From assembly GCA_010909165.1 (NCBI GenBank), contig VJWM01000068.1:1178001-1242000 (forward strand): a stretch of DNA of 64,000 nucleotides. Reading direction: 5' to 3'. Below, one piece after another: positions 1 through 13,085 of the stretch. The notes beneath the pieces are model-generated. The model did not search any database and had not been told where the DNA came from. It was given only the letters and a program-made list of their open reading frames with translations. A program made the position numbers and the translations under genes. The stretch comes from Anthoceros angustus. Taxonomy: Eukaryota > Plantae > Anthocerotophyta. Within the stretch, counting starts at the first letter, position 1. Each line of letters begins with the position of its first letter.

Positions 1-233
1 CGTTGTTAGAAGGGTGAGCCTACCTACCAGGCTGAAACCGTTAGCAACAGAATGATGTCTAGTTGGCCACGGCTTGAAAGCCAAGCCAAGCTAAGCTCTG
101 CATCTGCATCTGCATCTGCAGCAGTATCCGGAATCTGGCAGGATGTCAATTACACCAGGGCGAAATCTGAACCTCAAAAAACCTTGTCTCTGTTGCAAGG
201 AGAGGTTTCCGGCAGGCTGCTGGAGAGGCCAAC

Positions 234-876
234 CTCCCTTCCTGGAGCCAGCGACATAGGCCTTAAAATTTTGCACAACAACAAATTGAATTGCTGTGTA
301 CGGCATCACCAGCATCAGGGCTGGTAAATTCCCCCTCCACAATCCCTGATCCATACACCACACGCGCATCAGACCAGAGCTCCTAACACATCTGCAAGAA
401 TGAGCAGGAGGGGGACACCGGCACGCACAACAATCCCTTCCTCCCGCACAATGTCCCGAGCAGCCTGGCCGATGCCGGTGTACTTCGACACTCCGGAGAA
501 TCCAGCCGGTCCCCCGCGCCTGGTTGTGGGCTCGAGCTGGACCTGGACCAAGCACCCGACGCGACAATTCAGTCCCAATTCCCGATCCAAACGCTCTCCT
601 TCAGAACCCAATTCTTGATGCCAGCCTCACCTGGAACCGGATCTTGATCACGTCCAGGGGCGACACCACAGTCCGGGCAGCTGCCCCTGCCACGGCCCCC
701 GCCACTGCATCCACCGTCGCTCGCCGGTACACGTGCCTGTACTGCTGCTGCTGCTGCTGCTGCTGTTGCACATGGCCTGCGCTCTGCCCATCCGCTGCGC
801 CATGGCCCATGCCACCAGCTGCGCTTCCCAGCCTGCTCCCGCTGCGACTGCCATGTTCTACGATCATGGGCGCCAA
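234..876 (-). CDS. Mitochondrial carrier family protein, thiamine-diphosphate carrier-like (5' exons; gene probably continues leftward)
   Basis: Exons 876-631, 542-429 and 345-~234 with GT-AG junctions splice to ...AGAVAGAAARTVVSPLDVIKIRFQ/VQLEPT...SKYTGIGQAARDIVREEGIV/GLWRGNLPALMLVMPYTAIQFVV. This contains the PxDxxKxRxQ carrier signature and resembles plant TPP carriers. Confidence 0.85.
742..768 (-). repeat. (CAG)n microsatellite encoding poly-Gln in the carrier N-terminus
   Basis: (ctg)8 followed by ttg on the plus strand, in frame as QQQQQQQQQ on the minus strand. Confidence 0.9.
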
Positions 877-1290
877 ACCCTAGGTAGATCCTCTTCCAGG
901 ACCCACCCGCCTACCCGGCCCGGCTCTCGTCCTGCCCAAAAAGTAACGAGGACGCCGAGGCCCTGGATTCTGGATTCCGGCACCTCGTCCAGGGTGTGAG
1001 CCGTTTCAGTCGGGTAGTGAAGGACGGATCACGCTGTCTGTGCTCTTCATTCAAATCACGCACGGTTGGGTTGCACAACTGTGTGTCGTGCAGCGCTGTT
1101 CAGTTGGCGTTGGGTCATGTCATCCTCCTGAAGTGCGATATTGTAGTGGGCGATATATATACCATGTTGGGCGATAGTGAATTCATGTTGTGGCAGGATC
1201 CTAGTGGACTCTAGTTCCTGCCATTTAAACAGGCTGGGCTTGTTGAAGAAGCTGCCAAATGCGGAGTTGGTGTCGCAGGGAGAAAGCGAC

Positions 1291-4200
1291 ATGAATTTTC
1301 TGTTGCGGAATTCGCAACCCAGTGCTCAGCCGACGGATCTTCCCGCAGAGGTGGACAACAGGCTTGCGGATGGGCTGAATGCCTGGCAAGGAGGCTTGCC
1401 GGCGCTGTCGTCGGCTCCGGAATCGTACGCAACGGCTGAGGAGAGCAAGGGGTCGACAGAGTTCGGGAGAACCAGGATGCGGATGGCTATTGAAGACCAC
1501 GCGGATGTTCCTCCCGCGGAAGGCTCCATTCTGATTCCCTACAGTACGTTGTGTGATGCAGTTGGGTCTGCTGAAGGGCTTTTGCTTGAGTGTTGCAGGG
1601 TTAGGCTTTGGGTGATGTTGTGGTGCCATGGTGGCAATGTGTGCAGGGGATCTTCCGGAGAATTGGGATTCAGCTCCAGAGGTGGCAGCACTGTCGTTCT
1701 TGGATCGGGGGTTCATGTTTCCTGGTGAGCTGTTTGAGGGGTTGTGGGGTTTTCGAGCATGCTGTGTTTCGTGGGCACTGGACTGACGCATTCTGGTGCA
1801 GGGGAGCAGCTGCATGTTCTGGTCCATGTGTCGTCTCGTGACCTAGCGGTTCCAGACATTATCACTCCGTTTAAGGTTGCGGAGGCCAACAGGAGAGCGT
1901 CGCAGAATGCCGGAAACATCAATTCCAGTGCAGATGGGCAGACGTCCAATGCTGCAGGTGGGCCAGCTTGGAAGTTCGGTAAAGCTTGGAAAGAGAGGAT
2001 CTCTGTGTCGTCCATGTTTAAACCCCAGGGTGGTTTACTTGACGGGAGGGGGTTCAACCTGGCTCGTGGAGGTGGAGTTATTGCTTTGCCGAGGGGTGCA
2101 AATGCCGCTGGCAGTGATCTTCTGGCGAGTGATGGACATAAAAGACGCAGTGCCTTGCTGTTGAGCAGTTTCCAGAAGTCGCATTTTTTCGTCCAACTAT
2201 CTGCTGTGGATGAGCAGTCTTCAAAGGCGGGTATGTATGTGGAATCTGACTCCTCAGGGAATGAGGGGAATGGTGGCAGGAAGGCGTCTCCTGCAGAGCT
2301 GCTGGGCTGTTCCCCAGTCGTTATTGAGGCAGGGATGTACAATCCTGTGACTGCCGGTGGGGTTGCACGGGCTGCAGTTGCCAGCAGTTCTCTGGCTGAT
2401 GGAGGTGTTGCGGTAAGCAGCTGTGTTTTGTAGCCGGAAACCCTTTGGTCGCCCATTTGCTAACCCCCATGGACCTGAATGTGCTGAATTCAGATGCAGT
2501 GACCGTACCAAGCTAATTGACATGTGGCAGAATGCAGGTCGTGCTCCAAGTGACGGTAGCGACAGACTTGTGTCGATCTGATGCAGTCCTTGAGGTTGTG
2601 CAATACGAAAAGCATCAATTTTCAACTGCAACAGGACCTGCTGGTCAACAAGGCAGACCTGTTCCCCCCCAGCAGACCTGTAATCCTCTCTTGGATCCCG
2701 CTCAAGGATTGCTTCAGTGGTTACTGCCACTTGATCGACCAGCATCCCCACCTCCCCCACCGCCACCTCCTCCTCCTCAGCTTCCCACTATTGCTAATCC
2801 ATCACCAACTAAAATCACATTTGCAAGCAACTCCAGCTCTACCTTGTTCTCCTTTCCCACTCTGCGGACGTCATCGACGAACTCATTGCCACCAGCTCTT
2901 CTACCACCTGTTTCCTCTTCCCCTTCTACAGTTGCTACTCCATCCTTTGGCCCTGAGGATTGGGATCGTTCAAGCAAAGAGAAGAGGAGCTTGAGGGGTC
3001 AAGATGTGGGGAGCGAGGGACTTTTGTCGTTTAGGGGTGCCACTCTTGAACCTCAACGTTTTTCTGCGCACTGTGGGCTACAGGGCCCACATGTCCCAGG
3101 AAAAAGGTGGAGGAGAAATATTGCTGTTCTACAACCAGTATCTGTGAAGTCATATGCTGCTAACTGCAACTGCCAGGATCTTATTTGTGTGCTTGTGAAG
3201 GTTTGCATCAACCAAACCTATGTGTTTCTCTGTTTCATGCTTGGGACTAGTTGAATACCCTTTGCATAGGATGTGCTTCATGGCGAAAGCTTGTAAGAAT
3301 TTGGTCCCAGGATCAAGCTTACTACTTTCTCTCTTGCTTTCTGTAGAACATTTTACCTGCAGATGGAGTTGCAGAGGGGGTTGTAATTTTTGTTGATTCA
3401 CTAAGCATCATATGCCAGTCAACTGCTCCTGGTAGCCCACCTCTACCTGTGCCCCTTGCATGTGTGGATGTTGGGGAAAACCATAGACTGCCGGGAGTTG
3501 CCCTAAGGTAGGGCCCCCATGGTTTCTATTCATTTCGGTGTGAGTTTGTCTAGCCAGCAAGAGTGATAGTTTTTTTATGGCAGCTTCTTGCGGTTTTGTC
3601 CTGCAGAGCTGGGGAGCAGCACTCTTTCATTCTGAGGCCAGCCACACCTTGGAAAGCTGCTGTGTCGGAAGGGAGCAAGCATAGTCCATCTGCCTCTGGT
3701 TCGGGTCGTGATTTGCAACTTAGACTGTCATCAGGAAGCAAGCATCCTACAGACTGGGCTCTTGTGGACCCAAGTTCTGGTCAATATGCAGTAATTATTT
3801 CGTGCCACTGTAGTCATACGGGTGAGCTTCACTGTCGTTGGATCTTCATATTGGTACTGCCAACAATATCTTGATTGTATGAATTGGCCTAATCAATGTG
3901 CTCATGTCCCCAGAGTCTAGACTTTATTACAAGCACCCTCTACAATGGCGACCCAGGCCTCAGAGAAATCTCTTGCTGTCCGTGTCTTTGGAGGAATCCC
4001 CTCTCGATCACAGCTCAAATGAGGCTTTACCTCAGTTTACTCCACAGGTTTCCGCTGTTTAACCAAAACCACCTGCCTTCATTGCTTCAGCTTTGACTTG
4101 TATACCAAGTAAGTAAGCATGGATGTGGATGTCATGTTAGCTGAGGTAGCCTCTTCGCTGTGCAGGTCGTCACAGTGCAGGCAACTAACCTGACTGGGAA

Positions 4201-4952
4201 TGAGCTTGATCTTACCCTTCTTGCTCCCAGCTCCTTGGCATCTTCTCCTCTTTCTGTACTTGCATTCCCAGCTTCCCCAGTTCCCTCCAGCTTGGCCGGA
4301 AAACGGTCATCAAGCTTTGGTGAAAAGAAAGGAAGGTTGCCACCAAGGGCAGATTCGAGGAGGGAGAAAGTTGATGCTCCTTCTCCATCAGCTGCACAGC
4401 TCTCTAATCTGCGGTCTATGTCCCTTCCGCCTGTGAGGAGTATGGAGAGCGTGATTGGAATAGCACCGACAGTCTTGAGGGAGAGATCCATTTCTGCTGC
4501 AGATATAATGGCGGACAGTAATCCAGCAAGAACTCACCTATGGTTGCAAAGTGCAGTTCCCCTTGGGTACGATTCTGACTGTCCCGCATGCTAAAATGCC
4601 CATTGGTTCTTCTACTCGAAGGGTCTGTGTTTCTCGTCGGACACAGGTTGGTGACGATACTGTTGTGTCTGCAGGCGTATCCCAGCACATTCCACCACTG
4701 CTGTGAAATGTGAGCTGCTGCCTTTGACTGATGGCATCATAACTCTGGACACACTTCACATCTCTACGAAGGAAAATGGTACTGACTACCCTTGTGCTTT
4801 CAACCTGTGCAGCCCAAGGTTCGTCGTTGCATGACTGCCGTACATAAACGTTTACACACGCATGTCCTCTGGTTGATGCAGATGCTCTGTACATCCCCGA
4901 AAATCCACTCCAAATCTATGCAACCTCGGGCATTGCAAGTGGAGTGTCTTAA
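1291..4952 (+). CDS. TRIPP: TRAPP-interacting plant protein (TRAPPII-associated) homolog, 10 exons
   Basis: Exons 1291-1543, 1647-1724, 1802-2412, 2538-3200, 3347-3507, 3607-3821, 3914-4047, 4166-4566, 4675-4778 and 4882-4952, all GT-AG and frame-consistent. Motifs MNFLLR, FPGEQ, IITPFKVAE, FQKSHFFV, LLQWLLPLD, LLSFRG, THLWLQSAVPLG and ELLPLTDGIITLDTL match Arabidopsis TRIPP as recalled (not searched). Confidence 0.85.
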
Positions 4953-5198
4953 GCTGGTCTCATTGTTAGTGGTTTCATTTCACGCTGATTTTCTGAAAGT
5001 GATGCTTCTATATCTTCGATCAGCGCAGCGCATCAGCGGAGAGCAATAAAGTTGATTCAGCTTTCTTATTTGCGTAGTGCTTTGGGCGAAGACGTAGTAT
5101 CCTCGTAAGTGACATGGGAGTGGCATGAATGTGCAACATGGTGGAGGCTGGGTTGGTTGTAGATTGCAAGATCTCGAGTCCCAGCAACCTGACATGCA

Positions 5199-6271
5199 TC
5201 AATATCCAAGCCAAGCTGGTGGGATGAGATCAAACTTGTGTTTGGCGCGGGTGAGGACGTCGAAATAGTCCAACTGCGTAAGGCAGTCACGGAAGTCCGT
5301 GAAGAGACGCTCAAACAGTTTCCACTGCACAGCTTGTGATTTGGAGTACGGGTAAGGCAGAAAGACCTGCAGGGCACCGCAACGCTGAAGGATCAGAGGA
5401 GCATGCCTCAAGATCCCCGTCTTTGAGCATGCTGTGGTGTCTGGAAAGGAGCAAATTGTACGTACCTCCCACTCTTGAGCAATCCGCATAAGAAGCCGGA
5501 AGGTGTGGTCACTTTCATCCAAATTATCCAGCACGGCGAGCCAGACTTTGGAGGCCAACTCATGGGCTACATCACCCGCCTTTCCGCATGCTAGAAACTG
5601 ATCTGCAGAAGCAATCAAGAAGGTGCTTAAGCACAGCGTGCGCAACCCAGACGCAGAGACGGAGCTGCCAAAACCAGCGTGCTTTCAGTACCTATGATGG
5701 TCCCATGGAGCAAGGCGTACGACAACGGGGCAGGAGACGACTCAAGCTGCTCCTTGAGGAACAGATACACGTGCCCAGCCACTTCATCCACCTCGTCGTC
5801 CGATCCTTGCAGGAGAAACATGCTCTTGCTCACATGCAGAGCCGTGTACTGCCTATCCGTCATAAAACCAATCGAAACAGCCGGATGTGAGCACAATTTG
5901 TCCCCAAGACAAGCCCCGAAAATTCACTAGAGGGAAAGAGGCCTCGCAAAGGTCACCGTTTTGTAGATCCCCTTCCGATGGGACCTGGCCATCTCTTCCC
6001 GCGGCCAGCCCGAGGCCATCGCCTTGCGAGCGCAACCTTCCACAATGCGTCGCCCTTGAACAGCCTGGCCCATCGCTTCTGCACGCAAGCGACAGCAGGC
6101 CAATCCGCAGTCGACACGCGCACCAGCACCTGAGCAGGAAAGAATTGCAAAATCAGCACCGCCAGAAATCCATGCCCGCACGCGCGACACCGCACGCTCT
6201 GCCACACACGAACGGGCGCACCTCAGTGAGCAAATGGTCAGGAGGCTCTCAAACAGATTCCCCGCCACCAT
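5199..6271 (-). CDS. Conserved plant F-box-like protein, 5 exons, apparent 1-nt frameshift in exon 1
   Basis: Exons ~6271-6222, 6129-5957, 5852-5692, 5602-5466 and 5366-5199 (GT-AG) give PDHLLTE/VLVRVSTADWPAVACVQKRW (F-box-like)...LHGTII/DQFLACG...VWLAVLDNL...VFLPYPYS...QWKLFERLFTDFRDCL...WLGY*. Confidence 0.75.
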
Positions 6272-6499
6272 TCCCCATCCCACCCCTCCCCGCCACCTGC
6301 TTCCCAACGCCCGCCCGCCGCCTGCCGCCCAACCTCCTTTCCTTCGCCAAGCCTCCTTCCAACCCTCCCCCGACATTAGGTTTCAAGCCCTCCATCTCCG
6401 ACCCTGCTCCTGCTCCTGCTCCTCCCTCGCATCTCCTCTCCAAATTCACAATTTCCTTTCCCCGCACGTCTCTCTTGCGTGCCGCACTCTCCCACGCTC

Positions 6500-7100
6500 C
6501 GTGAGCTGAGCAGCTATCCTCAAACCCTACCGTCGCAACGCGCCCAGACCCTGCTGTTCCATCACCGGGCTCCACATCCATCCTCCCCCCGAGGTCCTGT
6601 GTCTCCGGCAACAGTGCGAACACTTCCTGCGCCGCATCCGCCTTGGCCCGCACATGCGGCCTCATGCCCAGAGAGAGGGGAACCGAAGATCATGCTGCCA
6701 ATTCTGGCCACTCAACCTCCACCACTCGCACTCCTGCCTCTGTGGCACCCAATGTCTCTGCTTCCCGCATCTCGCCTTTCCACCTCGACTTCTGGCTTGC
6801 CATGTGTTCCCCAATCAGAATCTCTGCGACGCACCCCCACAAATTCCTGCTCCAGGTTGCTAGCATGGCAGGAGGTCTACGGATACATATCGTAAGCTAC
6901 AACATCCTGTGACGTTCAGTTAGTGCGCATACATGGATCTTCCAGCGCTGTCCGACAGCACAGTGCCGTCCTGGATTAATCTAGTCACAGATATTCAATT
7001 TCACACATCAGAAGTGCTTTCCTTCGTGGATTCCTGGAATCCTGCTTCCAACCGGACGGGTGTGAAATGGGCCCGGTTCAGGACGTCTAAACTCTAAAGG
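6500..7100 (+). other. Possible spliced gene fragment, product unresolved
   Basis: GC-rich and coding-like, with a canonical GTAAGC donor near 6891 and a ttccag acceptor near 6945. No unambiguous protein motif. Confidence 0.2.
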
Positions 7101-9633
7101 TGCCACCCATGGCACGAGTCAAAGCCGAGCGTGCCAAACTCTCGTTGGGAGCACCGTAAGCTCGTAACAAATCCGGTTGAGACCTTTTCTTTTCGGCCTG
7201 TCTAGCTCTCTTGCTTCTTCTCCTTCTTCTTCTACACCCAAAGAACCAGTCTACACATAAATGGAAGGCTAGGAACTAAACATCGATCGTTAACTCAATA
7301 AAACAAAATATTGATTATTTTAGTATATAGTATAAGATCTTCTATTTAAAAAGGATCAAAATAAAATTATTTATTTAAATAGGTAAGTCCAAGAAGGTCG
7401 GACATGCTTCCATGGTACTCACTTCTCTCGACAACTTGCTCCATGGTACCAGTAAACTAGGCTACTAGCACCAAAGGCATTCCTCTTTGGGTCCCCATTG
7501 CGGTATAGAGTGCTTAAGTGGAACTTAAGGTATGTGTGTCCATTCAGCATAAGCCATTTCGACACACGGACTTTAAGAACATCGTAAAGCATCGTCGTTT
7601 GGAAGGCAAGAGAAGACTAACGTATCATAGTCCGCTAAAGATAAATAGGTTTTGCTTATGTGGCTTTGCTTAAGAAAGGGTTTGGACCATTTAGGCGTTT
7701 AGGGTATGCTTCCTTATGATTTTTAGTGAACAAATATTTTTTTGGATGAAAATTTATTTTACAAAAACCTTTAATTGCAATAAGGGCTTGCTCAAATCGG
7801 CTACAAAGGTGAAACTGCTCTAACACAAGACAAGCCATCTAATCAAGTCTAATGGCGGCTATTAACAGGTGTGCCCAAAACGCGTCGATAGAGATGCAAA
7901 TGTCTTGGCATAGCCAGGACAGGATCTAATGTTTGTTATCCTAATAAGACATCGTAAAAGACTCTTAAATCGGCTTGCGTAACGACGCATGCTAGCTTCT
8001 CTTGGCATGTGTCTCTCTCCGAGCGCACAACTCTGGCCCATGACTTACTCTCAACTGCACCATCATGCCATGGCTATTTCTTCACCCTGTATCTCATTCT
8101 CAACATAGAGTTTAAAACTCGCACTTGGGCAACAGTTGTGGGTTGGGTTGTTAAGGTACCTCGCCCCTCCACCCCCCCCCACATGATGTTTACATTGAGC
8201 TGCAGTAGTGGGCTATGCAGCTCATGAGCGGCGTCAAGGGGGATGTTGGCTCTTCTTCTTCCACAAAGTGTTATGATGGTAATCTTGGTAAACACTAATT
8301 TAATGAGTGTATGCCTTCAGGAATTTTGAGCAAGGTTTGCTGTTGCAGCCCCGGTCTTGAGATATGTTAATGCTTCAATTTTTTGATGAAGAAGCTCTCT
8401 CTTTCACTCCATAAATATGCGTAGTTGGTGATATATATATGAAAACCATTTCCTGCAGTGTACATCAGGTGACTTGGCAATATTCTCGGATAGGCTGCCA
8501 AGGATTGATAAATATTTTTGTGCTGTTCTGAGTGCTTTAAATTTGTAACAGCAAAGGAATGTTGAAATTAGTATATTATCAAACAACAAGTTGGTCATGG
8601 TAGACAGAAGGAAAGCGAGTGCAAAATCAAGAGCGAACTAGGTGAGCCACGAGGCACAACATTCCAGGTTTGCTTCCTGATTGAACTTGTTCAAACAAGT
8701 ATGCTATCATTCTCCTACCCCACTATCAACAATATATTATTTTATTTTTAACATCAAACTACAATACCGGGAGTTCAATTTGCTACATCCTACAACGATC
8801 CTTCTCAAAGATGGCAAGATATTGAACAGCAGACAAACGTGAGATCAGCATTTAATTTATATATATATTATTTTTTATTATGAAAGCAAGTTGGAAGCTG
8901 GAACCGGCCTATCGTTTTTCGAGATATGTAACGATCACCTAGTACCTTACAGGTAAAAGGTCTCGACTCTCGAAGCTGGAAACCGTTCGCGCAAAATTTA
9001 CACGTATTACACAATCATTTCAAGAGCTCGTCTTTCTATGCATGTATTTTTTGGTGAGAATGCATATTACATATTTTGTGGAATCTCGTCACCATGATGA
9101 AGAGCGTGGCTGTTGGACCCACCAGGCGGAAGAGTTGCCGGTCTGTCCGCACACGACCACGGGACTACTGACCATTCTCTCGTTTCGCGTCTCATACAGT
9201 CCTCGCGTTTGCGAGAAAAGGGGCTGGGCAGGAATCCCTTGCAACTTTCTCACAATCGGGCTCTGCTCGCACATTTCGCTGTCTCGCAATTTTCTGTTGT
9301 CGTCTTCCTGCGCTTCCGGGTGTGCTATGAATTTGAAGTGTGCGGCTCAGCGCTGCCTCAGTGATGTGGTGCTGGATAAGATCTGACAGTAACAACCTTT
9401 TGAGGTAGGAAAATGGTTGCATGATCCGCCGATTCTTCCAATTTGAGCGTCATTTCGCACGGATTCTTTCCTCCCACTGCTGCATTTTGTTTGTGTTTGC
9501 ATTTGTCATTTGGATACTGCGGTTGCAGGTGTGGAGGAGCCTGGAGGCAGGTGTCTGTTTCACAATTTCACACAGGCGTCCTGGCTGCTCGACGGGAAAT
9601 GTTAGATCTTAAACCTGTGGTGTCGGATGATCC

Positions 9634-12399
9634 ATGATTTGCACCATGGACCCGACATCGTGTCAGCCGTGTTGCAAACGCAGATCCGCAGGCTTGCATT
9701 GCGGGCTTCTTGCGCCTGGGTTGAGGGCGAGGAGCAGGTCTCATGATCTGGTGTCCTCGTTGCTTGCCTGTGCGTTTTCCTGGCTCCTCCTCGCAGCAGC
9801 GGGCCGGCAAGTGGTTTATGTCACCGGTCTGGTCAATGACGAAGGCATGGCGCTGCTCTCGTTCAGGGACGGGATTGTAGGTGATCCCTTTGGAGTGCTT
9901 GGTAACTGGAACATAAATGACGCTACTCCCTGCCTGTGGTCAGGAGTCTTCTGTGACGAGTCCTCGAATGTCACCAAGATTGTGCTCAATGGCGGGGGGT
10001 TGGAAGGACAAATGTCCAGCGAGCTAAGCAGATTGGTTCACTTGAGGACCCTGAATTTGGCCAACAACAACATTACAGGTCAGATTCCTTCGGAGCTAGG
10101 AGAGCTTTCCTCGCTCTACAAGCTAAATCTCAGCAGCAATGTTCTGACGGGAGAGATTCCCACTGAACTCGACAATCTCTACCGGCTGCGGATGTTCGAC
10201 CTGTCCGACAACGAGCTTACTGGGCCGTTACCTGCTGGAGCTCTCGGTACGAATTGTAGCAAGTTAAGGTACATCTCACTATCCAATAACAGGCTATCGG
10301 GGTCTATACCTGGCAATGTAGGGAATTGTCTCATGCTGGAGGGCATCGACTTGGCCTCCAACTTCCTCCAGGATAAGATTCCCACCAGCATCGGCCATCT
10401 GCCGGCTCTGCAGTATCTATATCTGGGAGACAATAACTTGACAGGCATTATTCCAGCTGAGATCGCCTTCTCCGATAACCTACTTGTCCTCAATGTCAGT
10501 TCCAACCAGCTAGATGGAGGTCTTCCCTCAACCATTACAAGGTTGAAGAAACTGACACTGTTGGATGCCAGTGCGAATGCCTTGTCGGGCATTGTTCCGC
10601 CAGAGGTTATTTTTCAGCTGGACAGCCTGCTCTATCTTAACCTTTCTCACAACAGGTTCTCTGGAGGGATTCCTTCTTTCCCCTACGATAATTGCTCAGG
10701 TCTTTCAGTCTATGATCTCTCGAACAACTTCTTCCTTGGTCCGATTCCTGCATACTTTGGCCTTTGTACTCAAGGACCAGTTCCTTCAAGTATCCTTCGC
10801 CCTCCTGTACAGCAAATGTAAGCGGTCGTGGTTGGTGCGGTGATGAACGACGCTTGGGCAGTCCCTTCTTTGCACTTTTGTTTTCGGGAACCCTTTAATG
10901 ACAAATCTCGTGTGTGCAGTGACTTTTCCTCCAATTTCCTGTATGGGGGCCTTTCACCTTGGAGCGTATTTTCTTCACTCCAGATATTGCAACTAGAGCT
11001 CAACAACCTCGGGGGTATGCTGCCAGACAACATCTCAAACTGGGATAGGCTGAATACCCTAGACCTATCATACAACAATTTTTCCGGAGGAATTCCAGAA
11101 GCATGGGCGAATTTGGTGGACTTGGTCTCCTTGAACGTATCCTACAACCAGCTTTCAGGACCAATACCGAGGCAAGGAGCACTCAGCGCATTTGGATCCT
11201 CCTCATTTATTGGGAACTTGGGGCTATGTGGCCCCCCAATCAACGTCTCATGCATCCCAAGCCCGACCAGCTCACCGATTCCAGCGGTCAACAGGACGCG
11301 TGGATTTAGCGTTTCGGCCATTATTGCGATTTCTATTGCAGCCTGTGTCGCTGTATGTGTGATCCTGGTCATAGTATTGAACTTATGCTGTGTCTTCTCT
11401 GCAAAGCAGGAGGACAAAACCGAGGTTCTAGTGTATGAGTCGTCACCAGCTTCACCTGCGGACTCCAGCTTGATTGTGGGCAAGTTGGTTCTCTTTGGCA
11501 AACGTCTTCCTGATCATTATGAAGAGTGGGAGAGGGGGACAAAAACACTAATTGATAGGGATCGCCTTATCGGGCATGGTTCAATAGGAACAGTGTACAA
11601 AGCCAGCTTTGATAGAGGCAAGTCCATTGCTGTAAAGAAACTGTCAACCGTAGGGCGCATCAGGGACCAAAAAGAGTTCGAGCAAGAATTGGGCAGGCTG
11701 GGCAGTCTGAATCATCCTAATCTGGTGTCTTTGCAGGGTTTTTACTGGTCACCTGCAATGCAGCTTCTTCTCTCAGACTACATTCCTAATGGAAGTCTCG
11801 ATTATCACCTGCACGAAAGAGGTGACCTCACTTGGCCCAGGAGATTCAACATTGCTCTGGGTACTGCTAGAGCTCTTGCCTTTCTGCATCACGATTGCAA
11901 GCCTCCTGTTCTTCATTTTGATGTCAAGGGCACCAATATTCTGCTCAACGAGGACTTTGAGCCATATCTTTCAGACTATGGGCTGACCAAGATCTTGCCC
12001 TTGATGGACATGTATGTTTCTAGTCGGAGGTTTCAAACAGCCCTAGGCTACATGGCTCCTGAGCTAGCATGCCAGAGTATACGGGTGACTGAGAAGTGTG
12101 ATGTTTATAGCTTTGGAGTTGTGCTGTTGGAGCTGGTAACAGGCCAGCGAGCTGTCACTCAGGAAGATGAGCATGCGGTCATTCTGTGTGATCACGTCAG
12201 GCATTTACTGGAGCAAGGAAGGGCCCCTAGTTGTGTAGATCCCGAGCTTTTGCGTGGAGATCCAGAGATTGAGCTGTTACAAGTTTTGAAGTTAGGCATA
12301 TCGTGTACCTCGAAGCTACCTACCAGGAGACGTACTATGGTGGAAGTGGTGCAGATTCTGGAATCAATTAGGCCTAGCCCAAGCAGCACACCGAGATAA
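9634..12399 (+). CDS. LRR receptor-like Ser/Thr kinase (LRR-VII, At1g12460-like)
   Basis: Exon 1 is 9634-10817 and exon 2 is 10920-12399; the GTAAGC...TGCAG intron restores QQI/DFSSN. Contains an LRRNT (LLSFR..DP..L.NW...C.W.GV.C), plant LRRs, a TM segment and a kinase (GHGSIGTVY, AVKKL, HFDVKGTN, DYG, GYMAPE). The GKLVLFGKRLP..YEEWE.GTK juxtamembrane motif is typical of this subfamily. Confidence 0.92.
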
Positions 12400-13085
12400 T
12401 GTTCTTGTCAAGGCTGCTAATCCTGTACATATTGTGGGATCTAAGCTTATCCAGTCTTGCTCAGTCTGTCTGTCAGAAAGGGCTTGGCTGAACAAGGATT
12501 TGTACCTTGACGTCCAGTCAGAACACGATCAGCTAGGGCAAGTGATGTTCTATACTGTTAAAAGGAGGGCTGGTTATTTGGGGCTCCCGGTCAATTTTCA
12601 GCCCCGGGGTGCAGATGCAGAACAGTTGCATTGAGCACAGCCTTGGAGATTCTGTCAAGTCGATCACCTGTGCTGCATTTGCGGCCCTTGCCAAGAAGTT
12701 GGGAGTATGTTTAGATGTTGCGTTTCTGCCAATTTGTAGAGTCGGTTCAGAACTTTCGAACTTCAGATCGTCATGCACGTTGTAACAATGGATGTAGTTT
12801 TTGTATGGTCATTGTAACTTGATTATAACCCGATCAGTGCCAAGGGTTGTCGTCTTCCATTTCCATTTGCGGAGTCTCTCGCGTCGTTACTTGGCTTTCC
12901 TGTGTTCCGGTTCGACAGTTCTTTGTCAAGGACTTTGTAGCGAAAAGCTCTCTCTCCAAGGACAATTATGTTTTATTGAGGGAAAACGATCGGGAAAAAT
13001 CCATGGAGTAGGGATAACGAAGGTGGACCCGGGGGTTCAAGGTGAAAAGGAGCGACTAAGCTCCTAACCTAAAGTTACGTACTGC

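Noticed and set aside
91-6665. Overlapping antisense and alternate-frame ORFs over the carrier, TRIPP and F-box genes
   Set aside because: They are shadow ORFs of GC-rich exons plus intron read-through.
7200-9000. AT-rich region with short ORFs, possibly old TE debris
   Set aside because: No motif, terminal repeat or splice pattern I can support.
10828-10919. N-terminus of the 523-aa ORF (MVGAVMND...)
   Set aside because: It lies in the LRR-RLK intron; the two ORFs are one spliced gene.
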